Positions 41,446 to 54,940 of a stretch of DNA of 64,000 bases are shown piece by piece. The stretch is from the NCBI GenBank assembly GCA_973895155.1, contig OZ316896.1:15311519-15375518 (forward strand), read 5' to 3'. Under the pieces are notes generated by a model. It was not told the DNA's origin and searched no databases. It was given only the letters and a program-made list of their open reading frames with translations. The stretch's first letter is position 1. Each line of letters opens with the position of its first letter. The position numbers and the translations under genes were made by a program. Origin of the DNA: Marsupella aquatica. Taxonomy: Eukaryota; Plantae; Marchantiophyta.

Positions 41446-43957
41446 CCATAAAACTTGAAAATATTTTCGTCTCACAATTTCTGTATGTCCTTGAACATTA
41501 ATATTGGGACTGATAATGGATCACTAATTTGTGATGAAATACTTGGTGAAATGACACTTACACCATGGACTACAAAAAATCCAAGTCAAACAACCTGATT
41601 AAACATTCCCCCACTCCTCTCCCCAGTTAAAAAACATTTCCCCTCATCTCCCCAAATCCCTCCTCCCACCCCAATAAAAAGGAAAAGTAGAAAATCCATG
41701 AGTCATTACCTCCCTGCCCAAAAACAATTACCCTCCAGACCCCTGGAAAATGAAAACAATTCCTCACCACCCCTAACCGGCCACTAACAACAAAATGACT
41801 CCCCATTCTGAGTGTTAATTCTCTCAAAAAGAAAATTATGATAAAAAGACAAAACAACCAAAATAGGTACTCCCCGTTCACAGTGCCTGGGTGTACAACT
41901 TGTATCTATACTAGCTGCCACCTCCTTTCCTCTATTCCTTCCTGAACAATATTGGGTCCGGAACCATACCTGACTAGCCCCGACTACCCGTTCTTTGAAC
42001 GTGAATAGCGGAGAGGACAATAAAGGTATCACCAAAGTATTTCTATATTCACATTCTTTGAAGGTTAATGAAATGATAAAAAAACATCATGCATGTCATC
42101 ATTTTAATAATCATACATAACATACCATACTCCTTTCTATGCACATCACTCTTTCCATGTGCATATGTTATTGTGGGGCCATAGAGTCAATTTTTCAATG
42201 TAAATAGAAATCTAATGCTCTAGGATGACTTTACTAACATGCTAACTGGCCAGTCCAAAACAGTTTCAAAACCAACAACCACTCAAGGATCAGGCAGGTC
42301 CCATCAAGAGGGCAAACGCACAAGGAAGAGAACCAAGAAGTCACCCACCCAAAATTAAACACTACCTGCTCCAAATGTCCAAAGAGCAAGGAGAGATTCA
42401 GCATACACTAAGATTTGGACAACTGTCCCTTGGCAAAAATCCAAACAATCAATTACCACCTGCAATAGACCACTACTGCAAAAGGAACACCGAGAAAGGT
42501 GAACCAAAAGGAAAAACATCTCAATGTGGACCAAAAGATCACAGAGTACCATAATCCACCAACCATACCGGTTTTCATACTCTTTTTCCAAATAATAAAA
42601 GATGTGCAAAATGCCTCCTCACCTCAATATGGGGTATACAATTCCAACCAGCACACAGTAGTGCTATCTGGCTACGTGCACTACAAGTGAGCAAAGTGAC
42701 AAAATTTATGTGTTGGCTCAGCGCTCATTTAGGTTTTTTAGTTTTCCAGTCTTCACTCATCATGAATTCATTTTTTGAGAGTTGGTGCGAAGATTGTTTT
42801 TTGAAACAAAGCATCAAAATAATCTGTATTCCAACAATTCACGCATACTTCCATAGAGGCTGTCTTGGGGAGAGGAAGTGTGACAAAGACAACTAAATTA
42901 GATATTTTGTAGAGGCCCCTGGCCCAAGATATGTCATTCAAAGTTGGCTTATCAATAAACTTATTAAGAAAGTCAAGCTTTAGGTGATCAGTTATTTTCC
43001 TTTGAATTTTTTATGCCATGTGACGAGTTCTTTTAAGTATTGGTTTAGGTTTTTTTTATGATAGCAATAAAGTATCTGAATGACTTGCACTATTGGACCT
43101 ACGGTAGCTTTACTCCATTAATGAGAAATTGAGCACTAACTTTAGATATGATATCTCTTTGCAAAGGAAACAAAATCTTTATTTATTTATTTGTTCAAAT
43201 CCAGGTAAGATATGTCTTTCCCACAGAAACCTGAAATCTCTGTTTAACTTCATTCTAGGAGGGAGTGAAGTTGCCTTCTCATTTGTCCTTTAACAAAAGT
43301 CTGAATGGGATGAAGCACAACCCCACAATAATGTCCCTCAAAACTCCAACAGAGGCTCTCATTTTGGGGAGCATTCTGGCACACGAGGACCCTTGTAAAC
43401 AAGACTTTAGTATAATATATACATATACATACAAGTTAACAAAGGTCATATATAAACAACTTTAGTAGCATATGCAGACATATACATACAACGTAAGAAA
43501 GGTCAGAAATGCGATGAAGCATAACCCCACAAGCAAGGGCAGAACGGGGGGCAGAAGGGAAAGAAAGTATTAACACCGCAAAGACTGGTTAGTATAAAGC
43601 ACTCCGGGTTACCCGGAGCCTGCATTCAATGAACTCATCTACAGTTCACAGCCTCTTTCGAGTGGAGCGCCTGTTTTGGACCACCAGATTTCTGCTTGCC
43701 CTGACTCCATTTTTGCACCATTCAATTAGTGCTTGGGATCGGTAAAAATATCTCGCCAAGATCTACGGCTAGAACAAATCCTGGAAGTTTTTGATCAAGG
43801 ATAACCACTGTTTTTCCAGTTTAATTTCTCTGGAATCTGATTGGCCCTGTAAATGTTTTTGAATTTTGAAATACTTGGGCAGAGTTTCAGGCAACAAGAT
43901 GACAACCCACTTTGAACTCTTGTCTAAGTATAATATGGCTTTCACCGTATAATAAGA

Positions 43958-44030
43958 GGACCAGTTGGGTCATTGGTTAGAATGTCTGACTGGGAAGGAG
44001 AGGTCATACGATCGAGGCCTGACTTTGACC
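43958..44030 (+). other. Degenerate tRNA-derived sequence (possible SINE head)
   Basis: A-box-like GGTCATTGGTTAGA and B-box-like GATCGAGGCC at tRNA spacing, but the stems do not pair well. Confidence 0.35.
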
Positions 44031-46434
44031 GCTCCCTTCCATAAAATGTTCGTGGCTTATTATTTCACCAGAAATTGCCATGACACCTCATTGGAGCCCT
44101 CCAGTAATAGATTACTTATTCATTGACATCAAATTGCCATGGTACTTTTTCAGGCCCTCCAATCACCCATCCTACGATTCTAAAATACCTTGTACACACC
44201 ATAGTTTGGTCATTAATAATGAATCATTGAGAGTACTTAGGTAAGTTACCCCAATGGGAGGTTAGAAGGTCATATGGTGGAGGGGATAAAAGCCCAAAAA
44301 TGAACAGTTCCAAGACAATTGGTTTCAATGTGCAAACTAATTGTTTCCACATATGATTGATTTGGGACCACTCTTTGAATTTTTTACTCGTATTGTTTCT
44401 TTAGTGTTCGGAGGGGCTTGGCATTTGGTCTTCGTTTTACTTTTTCTGTCTTTTTAGGTGGTGAGACCATGAGTACGATGGGTGAGCCACCGGACCTTTC
44501 TGTTGCCCGTTGTAGACGTCCTCTTTGGGGAAGTGGTCCTCCAAGACCAAAGTATCCGAGTGATGCCATAGATTACAAGAAGATAAGGAGACCAAATGCC
44601 AAGCCTCCAATCTGGATCCCACTTGAACGGTGGGATGAGTGGGAGGAGTTGAGGCTTTTATAGGATTCTGATCTTGATACAAAGCATGCCACCGGGCATG
44701 CCACAATTATGCTACTTGACATGTCATGTGAGCGCATTGAGCACTTGGGAGGTGGCAAGCAGCGGAGGCAACATCAATCTTGCAAGAGGCATTTGCACAT
44801 AAGGCACCTTCTGAGCACATGTGTCCACCCAGTTTAGCCGTAGACCAGACCTTGGATCCAGACCTGGTTGAGCACAGCATTGATCTCATGAGATGGTTCT
44901 AGATATTGTACTCTGTTTCTCTGCTGTTATTTGGTATTCCATTTAGGGATGTCCAGGGATTTTTTTAATTTGTTTTCAAATGTATGTCTTGACTACATAA
45001 TAACACAGATGCAAAATAATCAAATTTTTCAATATAAAACAAATGGTCATCAGTCACGTTTCCCTGCACATTAATTTCATGACAGCCACACAAAAAAACC
45101 TAACATGGTAGGATGTCAAAAGGAACTTTTGGCTATTTCAATTAAAAATAAGTAACAATCACCCTATTTGGTGGCTCAATTCAGGCGGAGGACATGAGGC
45201 CCTTGACACTGCCAGGCATGCTCATGTTGAGGATCTGCCACCAACCCAGGCTTAAGAGCCACTATTCTCGGATTGTCTATTCTCAGAGGGCATCTTCTCC
45301 GACAGTCTCTTCTTTGAGGTTCTCACTATCCTAATAGGAGCTTAGTGAAAATTAATGTCATGTCTCATGTCTCTTTTCCATGGGATTGGAACCCTCATAA
45401 GGTGATGTTGTTTTTTTCCTATTTTAATAGGGGATTGTTACTCCTGAGTACGATGTGCATGAGGACGATTATGGATCCTTTGCTCGTGAGGACATGCAAG
45501 AACTTTTTGGAGATGATGATCGTGAGGCTCTTGTGGCTCTAGGGGTAGAGGTATTGTATAAGCCAAACTATGAGGCTTTGTTGCAACCTCAAAGTCATGG
45601 CCAAGCATGATGTTGTGTTCATTTTATCCACAGAGTGATTGATGTTAGACTAGGTTTTTCTATGTTTGCTCATAATTTTGTCAAATACTTTTGGTGGTTT
45701 ATTTTAGTTTCATATCCACCTTTTGCAGCTGCCCCAACTGGTTCCGGTGTGGAGGTACAAGAGCCAAAAATTGTGTTGGATTCTCAGCCTATTTTCACTG
45801 AGGTGATGGATTCCCAAACAGATACCTTCATAGACTCCCAACTACATCCAGAGTCCCTTCATGCAATCTTGCTAGAGTAGGCTTTATAGAGTGACACTTG
45901 GTGTCTGACTTGGTAGATAAACTCCTCCCTAGGTATCACATCCATGATTGCTCTTTGACTCCTGGAGTGGAGCATATTAGAGATTTCCAACAACTTTGGT
46001 CCATTCGGATTGGTTGTGGGGAGAAGGGTCATGATTGGCCTTTCATTACAGACGAGTTGGAGACCGGTTTGGACTTGTCGGACAAATAGGGCCATTTCGG
46101 GCGACAAATGACATATGTTACCCCAGTCGATCCCGGCCGGGAGACAGGGTCAGGCCGGGAGGGGTGTGGAGCCGGGCCGGGAGAGAGCGAGCCGGGTTGG
46201 GAAGAGGCAGTCGGGCCGAGAAGGGGCCGGGAAGGGTTGGGACCCGGCCGAATCGACATGTGATGATAGGACAAGAGGGACAAGGCAAAGAAAACAACTG
46301 AATGCAGATGTAGCTCTCAAGGGGAATTGAACCCCATTTGATGCCGATCAGCAAGAGCTTGAGAATGACAAGAAGTAAGAACCTCACCCACAGGCACTAC
46401 ATTTCCTGCACATTTGTGGGATGTCTTCGTGAAG

Positions 46435-46685
46435 TGACAAAGACAGGCTATTGTACAAAAGAGACTGCAGAGGTTGGCAAAAGAAAGAAGGGACACAGCG
46501 TACCGGACTACCAGCGGGTTAGGACGGTGGGTGTTGGGGAGGCGGGCAGCAGAGGTGGTTGACAAAGACAGGCTATTGTACAAAAGAGACTGCGGAGGTT
46601 GGCAAAAGAACGAAGGGACACAACGTACCGGACTACCCGTGGGTTAGGACGGTGGGTGCCGACGAGGTGGGCAGCAGAGGTGGTG
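46435..46685. repeat. Two-copy ~125-bp tandem duplication
   Basis: TGACAAAGACAGGCTATTGTACAAAAGAGACTGC...GGGCAGCAGAGGTGGT occurs twice. Confidence 0.85.
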
Positions 46686-47437
46686 GGCCCGGGCAGCCCT
46701 GAAGGGACAATGATCGGACCTAGACTGCACAGTTGGGCCGGGGCCCTTAAATAGGGGGAGGTGGCCTGTCAAATGTGTGTTCGTGCTCGGAGCGGGGGAA
46801 AATGGTAGCCCGATTTTAGACTAGAGAGAAGGAGGCGAAGCAGAGGCCGGCGGAGTAGGAGAGGCAGGATGGCTATCCTGGCGCTGAATGCAAATACGTG
46901 ATAGAGGAGTGTATGCGGGAATGGAAGAGCACCAACAGCGCCCGCAAGTTGCAAGAAAAAGTGTCCCCTGCTCGACTCATTTACGAGTTATGACTGTGGT
47001 AAGAAACAATCTGATTGCTGAATACGTGTGATCTATACCCTCTCGTTTTAAGTCAGTCCTGGATCTATTTTTCGAATGAGATGGCTGATTATGTCATTTT
47101 TCCGTGTCAGTCCCTTTCGTCCCGTTTGTTTTACTCAGGTTCAATGCAAATATATGATGTAGCATTAGTGCGTAATTTGCTCGAAATCTACTGGACAGCC
47201 ACCGTTGCATCTAGATGGAACACTAGGCACGGTGAATGGCATTGTTCGTCAATTTTTAAAATACACGACTATAATTTGCGAGGTGAAAATGGATATGGAG
47301 GCCAATTGGGACATTTTCGAATAGTATACTTTCTCGAGAATTAGTGTTGGTCGGATCTTTTAAGAGCTCGTGTTCCCCGATCTCTTTGAGTTCCCGAAGC
47401 ATTCAACCATCCGCGTTTCGCCAGGACTTGACAAAGA

Positions 47438-47911
47438 ATGTTGTATGACTGTTATACGCAGGACATCGGGTACTGTGTATACGATTTGGCAGTTTTGGGT
47501 TTGACGTCATTTCAGAGTGTGTGTGCTAACTCTGAAAGGGCAGATTTCTTGGAGATTTATAATGTGCTCAACGATGAGTGGAATCTGGTAGCCATCCCGA
47601 CGCACGAGACAGATCTTTCCTTCATGGCAGGAGGAAAGCTTCACTCTATGACTGGTAGTGATATCCATGTCCACGACAGTGAATCAAATTCTTGGACACG
47701 TCTCCATTCTCATTCACTTTCTGCACGGGGACTCGTGGACTCCAAGGTAGTAGTTGGGAAAACTGTATTAGCTCTGGATGATCTGCTTCTGGCTACAGGC
47801 GAAGGGAGTGATCAGTATGAAGAAATAAAAGTTTGCAAAGCATGTCTTCTCCAAGGCACAGGCTTTGGAAGCGCAAACGAAGAGATTAAATGGGCGGGTA
47901 TTTTGAAGTAG
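47438..47911 (+). pseudogene. Kelch-like repeat fragment (probable F-box/kelch remnant)
   Basis: LEIYNVLNDEW and IHVHDSESNSW resemble kelch blade ends. No F-box or N-terminus is seen. Confidence 0.45.
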
Positions 47912-48504
47912 AGGATATCAAGTTCACAAATTATTCCATGCGGCTTATTGAACTTTGAAGATCCTCGAGATGGAGAGGGATAAAGAGGTAAAAGACGATT
48001 TTGTCACATCGCAGGACTATGAGAAACTTTGCAAATAAATAAATGTCGAAGTTAGGGACAGGCCCTGGATGTCGAGAAACTTTGTTGGAGGGCTTGTCCT
48101 GATTGCTGATGCATTTGTGCTGCAGGAGATTGTCGTCGCTCTGTTACTGCTAGCGGTTGAAGGGTCGGGATGAAGATCTTTGTTCATATGTGATGTGTGG
48201 GGCACTTGTCGGCCGCGTACATTCTTTGTTTGGACGTGGGTGGAACATGTTCAGTCGTTCGGTAAGCAGTGACTAGAATCCAATATTTTGGGTATAAACA
48301 CCGTGCTAGCAAATAGTAAATAGATATTCTCATACAACATCAGAGGAAATTTCTTGACGATTTCACACAAGGACTCCAATATATTGCCACGAAATATGAA
48401 GTCGAAAAAAAGTCATACAATAAAACAACACTTTAAGAACTCACACTTCTGCCCATTAGAAAAGACAAACTACAATTGTAGCTGTTCAATGATAAAGCAA
48501 CAGT

Positions 48505-51500
48505 CTACGTTCTCGTTCCCAACTGCCTATCAAGTATGTAACGGACTTCTCCCAACGTTAGAATTGGCTGGCTACATAATGTCGAATCGAGCACATCCAA
48601 TTTGAACACATTCTTGAACACCCAATACACATGTTTGCAAGGCATGTAAGGCTTCCGATAAGTATGCTGACGATAGAAATCCTTGCAAGAGCAACATGGG
48701 AAACAACAATCTGAACCCAATAAGAGGCGACTGATCTCTCATGTTCATGGGTCCGGATACAAAACTATTTCCCCGACGCATTTCCACTCGTGATCTCTCT
48801 CTCTCCAATGACCCTCATCACTTCTTTTTCAGAGGCTTCAATTCTCTTCAAATGTGTTTGGGTAAGATGCACTCTTTGCAAGCATTTCTTCCTGTTCCTT
48901 GAAGCGCACCTCACAGATGGGTCAGTTAGGTTGATCCTCTCCGGGAAAAGATTGACATCAATCCGTAACGTAGAAGGCAACGGTGCTTCGATTTCATCTC
49001 CACGGCCTTCGGAGAGAATAAGTCCTTGTTCTTTCAAAAATTGAATCTCTGCTCCAGAAAGATTGGTCCCTCTAGCAATTGGGAGATGTGAAGGAACATT
49101 GGGAACGTTCGTCTCCTTGTTGTGCTTTGGTGATAGTGGTTGTTGGGGCAAAACCATATCTGATTGTTATAAGGTTGCCCCCTGAACATTCTGCATCCTC
49201 TCACAGATATTGCAACAACACCATTTGGATTCGGAAGGCCAACCTTCTTTACTCGATTTTGACATTCATCACGACTACCTCCCCGTCCAAGGGTTCCGTT
49301 ACACACTGGACCCGCACCCCGTTTTGAGGTCCAACGCAACTGCCAGGCACCGGGAGGTACTTCACTTTCCATTGGGGAAACTGAATGACAATATGCAGTC
49401 TCGACAGGTCTTGCAGGCGTCACTGGTGGGACAGAGGATCTCGTTGCTCGACGCGTAGGTGTGTCAATGACCACAACTTCCTCAGAAGCATCGCTTTCTG
49501 ACAAATTATGGACCGCATCAATTCCACCGGCTGAAGGCGTAGAAGGCAATTTCTCAAAATCAGTGGAATGCAGGTTTCTCCTTTTCAACCTTTTGTATTT
49601 GGTGAAGTAACAAGGATGGTATCATGCCTGTGCGAGTCTTCTGCCGAGACGTTCCCAGTTGCATGTCCTTTTCGTTTCACCGATCGAGTTACAACATCAC
49701 CATTCAATGGAACACTTCTTTCCAAATCAAACTTAGTAGTGTTCGACAGGAGGAGATGGGTGGCTTCCTCAAAGAGACGCGGTGACCCCGCCAGGTCCGC
49801 CGATCTGAAGGCAAGCTCAAAAATAGTTGGGCCAGTTCCTTTGCTCAATCCCCTTTTGTATGCAGTATAAGCAGCAATTGAGCAACCGCTCTATTTTGGT
49901 CTGTTTTGCATCCTTCAAACAGACCAACCTTTTTTTCTGTTGCCATGCTTTCATTCCAGCATGCCTAGATTCCGAACCAGTACAATTAGGAATCATCCCA
50001 GCCTCTTCGGCACTCTTGCTCTGAAACATTGCACGCAAGGGTTTAGTACATGTAAGAAATTGCACACAAAAGTGGCAACACAATGGAAATAACAGTAGCG
50101 CCAGACGCTAATAAACTGATGATGATATTTCCATGTAAAGAACCGTTTAACACAGAATAAAGGTAGTCCTTACATCACTCATAGTCCAAACGGATTATTA
50201 GCGCTCGGCGCTACTATTGCGGATAAGGAACTCTTCTATCTCACACATGCTTCACTAGCGCCGAGCGCTATTAATGGGAACATGCATCCTAGAGCAGTGT
50301 ATAACTCACCAGTCTTATGAAGTTCCCCATTGTCTCCATCGGACAACCCACCAAGACAGCCACCCTTGCAGCATCCAAAGTTTGCCTGAGTGACAATTGC
50401 TAGACCTCCACCAGTCATCGATTTCCCTCGAGATTCGATATGCTTTCAAGAAAGTTGGCGCGTTCCGAACACGATCCCACATCTCCTTGTGCTCTCCGTG
50501 CTTTCCATCTTTTACACCTTCTCGGGAATGACGATGAAAAGATTGGAAAAAATGAAAGGCATCTGATCTTTCTCGCTCTGGGTCGGGTACACCGTCAAAG
50601 AACATGTTTCGAACAGCATTCCAACCAGCCTGAGCATTGTCCGCCATGAATCCCCGAATTGTAACATCCTATAAACCATTTTCATTGGCAACCTCTAACA
50701 TCAAACGCCAGGCTCTCTCTAGAGATTTTGCATCTTTGGCCTTTAGCTCACAAGTGAATATGGTGCAAAGTGCCCGATAATGATGATCATATACATGGGC
50801 ACTAAAAGTAAGCCAATCTGCCGTGCTTCGATGCATCACGTCAAAACTTACCCATGAACCCTCTAACAACCCACCAGGTTTCATTCTTTGGAGCAGGTCC
50901 AGACCACTCCCGTCACCTTTTCCGGTCATTTTAAAGATATGAGCACTCTCGTCCCGACAGCCTTGACCAGGGAGCAAGAACCTATGAAGAAAAGGCAGTC
51001 GGATACACTTTTGCATCCTCACAAGAAATTCCAGTTCCCCTTTCCCCTTCTGATCTTGACGGACACTCCTTAACACGGATGCAAACTTCTGAGGAGATGC
51101 GACGACCATTAGGGACTCCCAGATTTCCTTCTCTTCTTCAAGAGAGATTTCTTCAACAGAGGCCTCGCAAAATGTATTTGTCAATGTCTCAGTCGCAGAG
51201 TTTTTAATCCCTGTTGGGGATGCCATGGGGTTTGCAGTGAATCCCTTCTCCAGATGAGACCTTGCAACCTTTTCTGCCTCCCTCGAAAAGACCCATCGAC
51301 TGGGATGATTGTGAAATCCCATATGAACAGCTAGTCGCAACATTGGGCCAAAGACTTAATGTCAACTTTTGCAGATGGATACATGTAGAACATTAGAGCA
51401 GGGCAGGCCTCAACGCACATCGGAGGTTCAGAGCAATGGTGACAAACAACTCCACCTTCGGAGATCAATTCCCCAACTCGGAATGGGCCTGAAAGTTTTG

Positions 51501-52308
51501 GGGTTCTTGCCCACATCTCATTATTTCAAAACTTGTTGTCTTTCCACCACAAACAAGCATTATTTCGACACTGCAGCGATCCCGTACACTGGACTTTCCC
51601 GAAATCCCACATTTTCTTTGGAAGAACATTTGAAGACGTTTTCACAATCCGAGTCCAATAATAACAATCCTTACCACGATCCATATCTTTCAAACGTTCA
51701 CCTTTTGCGTTCACACAGTCTACCGGGGGTAACTCAAAAACCACATTCCCATTGTAAGATGTGGGAAGACTAGGCACTACGTGATGAACAAAATCACTCC
51801 CCCTTATAAACCGAGACAATTCACTATGACCTTTGGATTTCAAGATTGTATCCATTGCACTCTGCCGGTACACAATCAAAGGCACAATCATTTCTCGATC
51901 CGCATTAGACTCCTTTTTAACCTCGGATGGGTAAACTGGAATCTTCTCTCCGAGAGTAGTTGTCGCTTGCTTATCATCTCCAGAACTTTCCGAGAGTTCG
52001 ATGACATCAAGTTCAGCCGCTGTGGGAGGACGAGTATAGGAGGCCCCAGAATCTCTCAAAACAAAAACCTCATATTCTTTCTGAGCCTCCAGAGTCCAAT
52101 ATCTTTGACCATGAACAACATCGTAGAAAATTGGAGTCTCCCCCAAACAAACCGACACTAACAAGATCGCTAAAATAGACTCCTTGGCGACATCAAATCT
52201 CACTCCCAAATATTCCTCTGAAACACGCTTTGATTTAGATGATTCAAGGACGGGAATTGTGATTACATCCCGAGTGTCCTTCCTCGTGACAACGATATTT
52301 TGAGCCAT
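48505..52308 (-). pseudogene. MULE-type DDE transposase with an N-terminal GCM/WRKY-like Zn domain and a C-terminal SWIM finger, disrupted
   Basis: CTGSLQCRNNAC..CHHC..C..CPA..HMGFHNHP (Zn domain); WVSFDVMHR..FMADNAQAGWNAV..DAFHFFQS..GSESRHA (DDE core); CSCKDF..PCKHVYWV (SWIM). In-frame stops at ~51526 and ~50669, frameshifts near 51340 and 50320, and an intron at 50021-50309. Confidence 0.8.
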
Positions 52309-52484
52309 GGCTTCAAAAGAGGGATATGCATTTGCCCCACGCGAAATGAAATATGTTTATCATGAGATTCGAGTACGAGAAGTAAACGTTCCCATTCTCA
52401 TTATAGAGTCGTTATAGATTTGGACGCACTCCATCAATGACGTTTTGTCGTCTTACCAATGGCAAGATTTGGGTTCATAGTTAT

Positions 52485-52628
52485 TAGCGCCTGGCGCTAC
52501 TTCTAAGTGTAAAACACTCTTGGGTGAGGACTACAAATGCCAATAATAATAGCGCCTGGCGCTACCTCTGGGTGCAAACATTCTTGGGTGAGGAGTACGA
52601 AGGCAATAAATAATAGCGCCTGGCGCTA
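52485..52628. repeat. ~65-bp tandem repeat, each unit starting with the perfect palindrome TAGCGCCTGGCGCTA
   Basis: Palindromes at 52485, 52550 and 52614, separated by similar spacers (…TCTTGGGTGAGGA…). Confidence 0.9.
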
Positions 52629-53088
52629 CCTATTTCAATGGACTTGAAAACATTCAATGGAAGGATAAGTACGATAACGCGATACAGTACGAGTCATTAA
52701 GTTGGCACGCTTGAAGATCTCCACTGGATCTTCGCGAATCCGATCCGCCCGGGTCCAAATGTGTCAGAGAGGAAGCGTCCATGAAAGTTATATCAGAGGG
52801 TCCTCTTCAAAGTGGGTACCCAGGACCAAGTGCGAACTCTCCTTATATCTAGTCATTCTCCTCCGATGTCCTCATTGTCAAGCCATTCTTCATTGAGTCG
52901 TAGCTGTGGCTCATCTTTCGGGCGCGTGGTTTCCGTTCTTGCTTTCGGGCCCAGTTGTTCTTTTTTGCTTTTGTGCGCGTTCTTGTTCTCCTTCTCGTCC
53001 TCGTTTCTCATTCTCGTCCTAGTTCACGCTGTTGTCCTCCTTCACGTTCTTGTTCGCGCTTCTTGTTCTCGTCCTCGTCCTCACTTTT

Positions 53089-53518
53089 AATGGCACCTCC
53101 AGGAGGGAAGGCAAAGGAGGAGGCACTTGTCCCGAGCGACACCGACCGGGAGACCCCCGCATCAAATAGCTTACCGCCTTGGCCGAATGCCGAGAGGACG
53201 ACGGTTCCAGTCTCGAAGAAGGGGAAACTCATCTCAAAGACGAAGAATGCCCCAACTGTGGGCCGCAGCGAAGGATCCAATCGGCCAAATGCGAGCGGCC
53301 CAACTTCTGTTCCCGCTAGGGATATCACCCCTGCTTCAGTCGGCCATCCAAGAGCTGACACTATCTGCACGGGAGTCTCTGTATCTTCTTCATCCATTGA
53401 GAGTGATCATTCTTCGAGCGAGGACTCATCACCGAGCAAGCGAGGATTTGCGTGGTATGGATCGAGCGACTCGAATGACGACTCCGATGCATACAAGCCA
53501 AGTTGGTGGGAAGACTGA
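53089..53518 (+). CDS. Ser/Pro-rich ORF inside the element (possible second accessory ORF or exon)
   Basis: ATG-initiated MAPPGGKAKEEALVP...KPSWWED with low complexity and no recognisable domain. Confidence 0.3.
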
Positions 53519-53823
53519 TTTCCCGTTGTCAGAGCGTATCATTCGAGTGTTGGAGAGACTTGGAGGATCCATTGAGGTTGATAGGATCTGTTTCCACTCA
53601 TTTTTTTCCGATAGAAAATCCATACCGTTCCTTCCTCGTATGCCGGATTTCTAGTGTATTGTAACATTTTGTATATGAATGGCACAGCCGTTTGTTTTTA
53701 CCTCGGTGTCAATGCTTTTGAATTCAAAAGACCAAGCTTTAATTTCGGGTTCTACTCCCGTGTTTGCATTGTATTTCTGAATGCGAACCTGAGCTATTTC
53801 TTTGAAATGGCCGTAAACACTCG

Positions 53824-54042
53824 GCTTATAATGACCCAATTCAAATAAAGAGTGAGGAGGAAGAAATACTGGTAAAAATCAAAAAACGTGAGGCTGAGAT
53901 CACCTATTTTGAAAAAAAAAATACTGAACAAAACCATAGTGGCCAAGAACGCCCCAGATATTCTATGGAAAATAGAAAACGTCGAAGTAAGCTTCGGCTT
54001 ATAGATGGTAAGGTGGGGTGATAACGGTCGATTTATTTTCAT
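53824..54042 (-). pseudogene. sdh3: NUMT: 5' part of mitochondrial sdh3
   Basis: MKINRPLSPHLTIYKPKLTSTFSIFHRISGAFLATMVLFSIFFFKIGDLSLTF...YLNWVIIS, then an abrupt loss of similarity. Confidence 0.9.
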
Positions 54043-54067
54043 CTTTTTAGTTGACTCCGATTTTGAT

Positions 54068-54095
54068 TCAAGGTGACAGGATTTGAACCTGTAAC
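54068..54095 (-). pseudogene. trnP: NUMT: 3' fragment of mitochondrial tRNA-Pro, directly upstream of sdh3
   Basis: Minus strand AGGTTCAAATCCTGTCACCTTGA matches the T-arm and acceptor of plant mitochondrial trnP(UGG). trnP-sdh3 adjacency is, as I recall, the bryophyte mtDNA order. Confidence 0.65.
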
Positions 54096-54940
54096 TGCTG
54101 TCAATGTTTTTACTAGCATTCGGCGCTATTATGAGAAACAAAGTGTCTATAACACTGTCGTGAATGTCTTATCTCTAAAGTATTTTTGATAGCGTTGGGC
54201 GCTATTAATGAAAGGAATCACAAGTCAGACCCGTTCGGAGTTATTTTTACTTTTATTTCAACAAATTCTGTTCAATTGATGTGCATTTAAATAGCGTCAG
54301 GCGCTATTGTAATTCATTGGAATATTTGTTGAATGAATGGGTTCATGTGGTCATGTTTGTTGTCATTGGACTCCGATTTCATCATTTATTTGAATACTAG
54401 CGCCGAGCGCTACTAAAGTTGGCTTGTCGACACCTGCACAAAATTGGAAAATTTATAGACAATTGTGTTGATAGTACTGCCCATAGCTACATTAAGATGG
54501 TTTTTCAGATACATTTGAAAGTATGTCACTTGTATAATAGCGCCTGGCGCTATCCACAACTACCGACACTGATGTGGTTCCAACGGTCACTTTCCAACAG
54601 TAATATTATAGTAGATTGAGGTTCACGGAACCCTTTTTGCTTTTGTCTAGGATGAAAGTCCAATCGGAGAATGCCATCTGTACTTGGGACCGTTGTAATC
54701 GAATGGCTGGTTCTATTGTATCGGTGTCTTAATACGAGGTGGAGATCGCTCGTTTGGGATAATTTAGTCCGTCTACGCGCTCAGACCTCGGACTGTATGA
54801 GTTTGTCAAGTGCGTATGTGCGTCCTTTATTGGTCCCGTACATTTTGAGACGTGATCGTGACAAGAACTGCACGACGCGTACGACAGTGCCGGGTGGTTG
54901 AGTCGCTCTCCACGACAACTTTTGGCTAGGTGATACAAGA

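Noticed and set aside
43958-44030. Functional tRNA gene
   Set aside because: The acceptor and anticodon stems do not pair and the T-loop is degenerate.
52485-52628. CRISPR-like array (palindromic repeat with spacers)
   Set aside because: The spacers are copies of each other, the repeat is only 15 bp, there are no cas genes, and the context is eukaryotic.
53794-54141. Functional nuclear sdh3 gene
   Set aside because: It is truncated at ~73 codons, has no targeting peptide, and retains the mitochondrial upstream spacer and tRNA fragment, so it is a NUMT.
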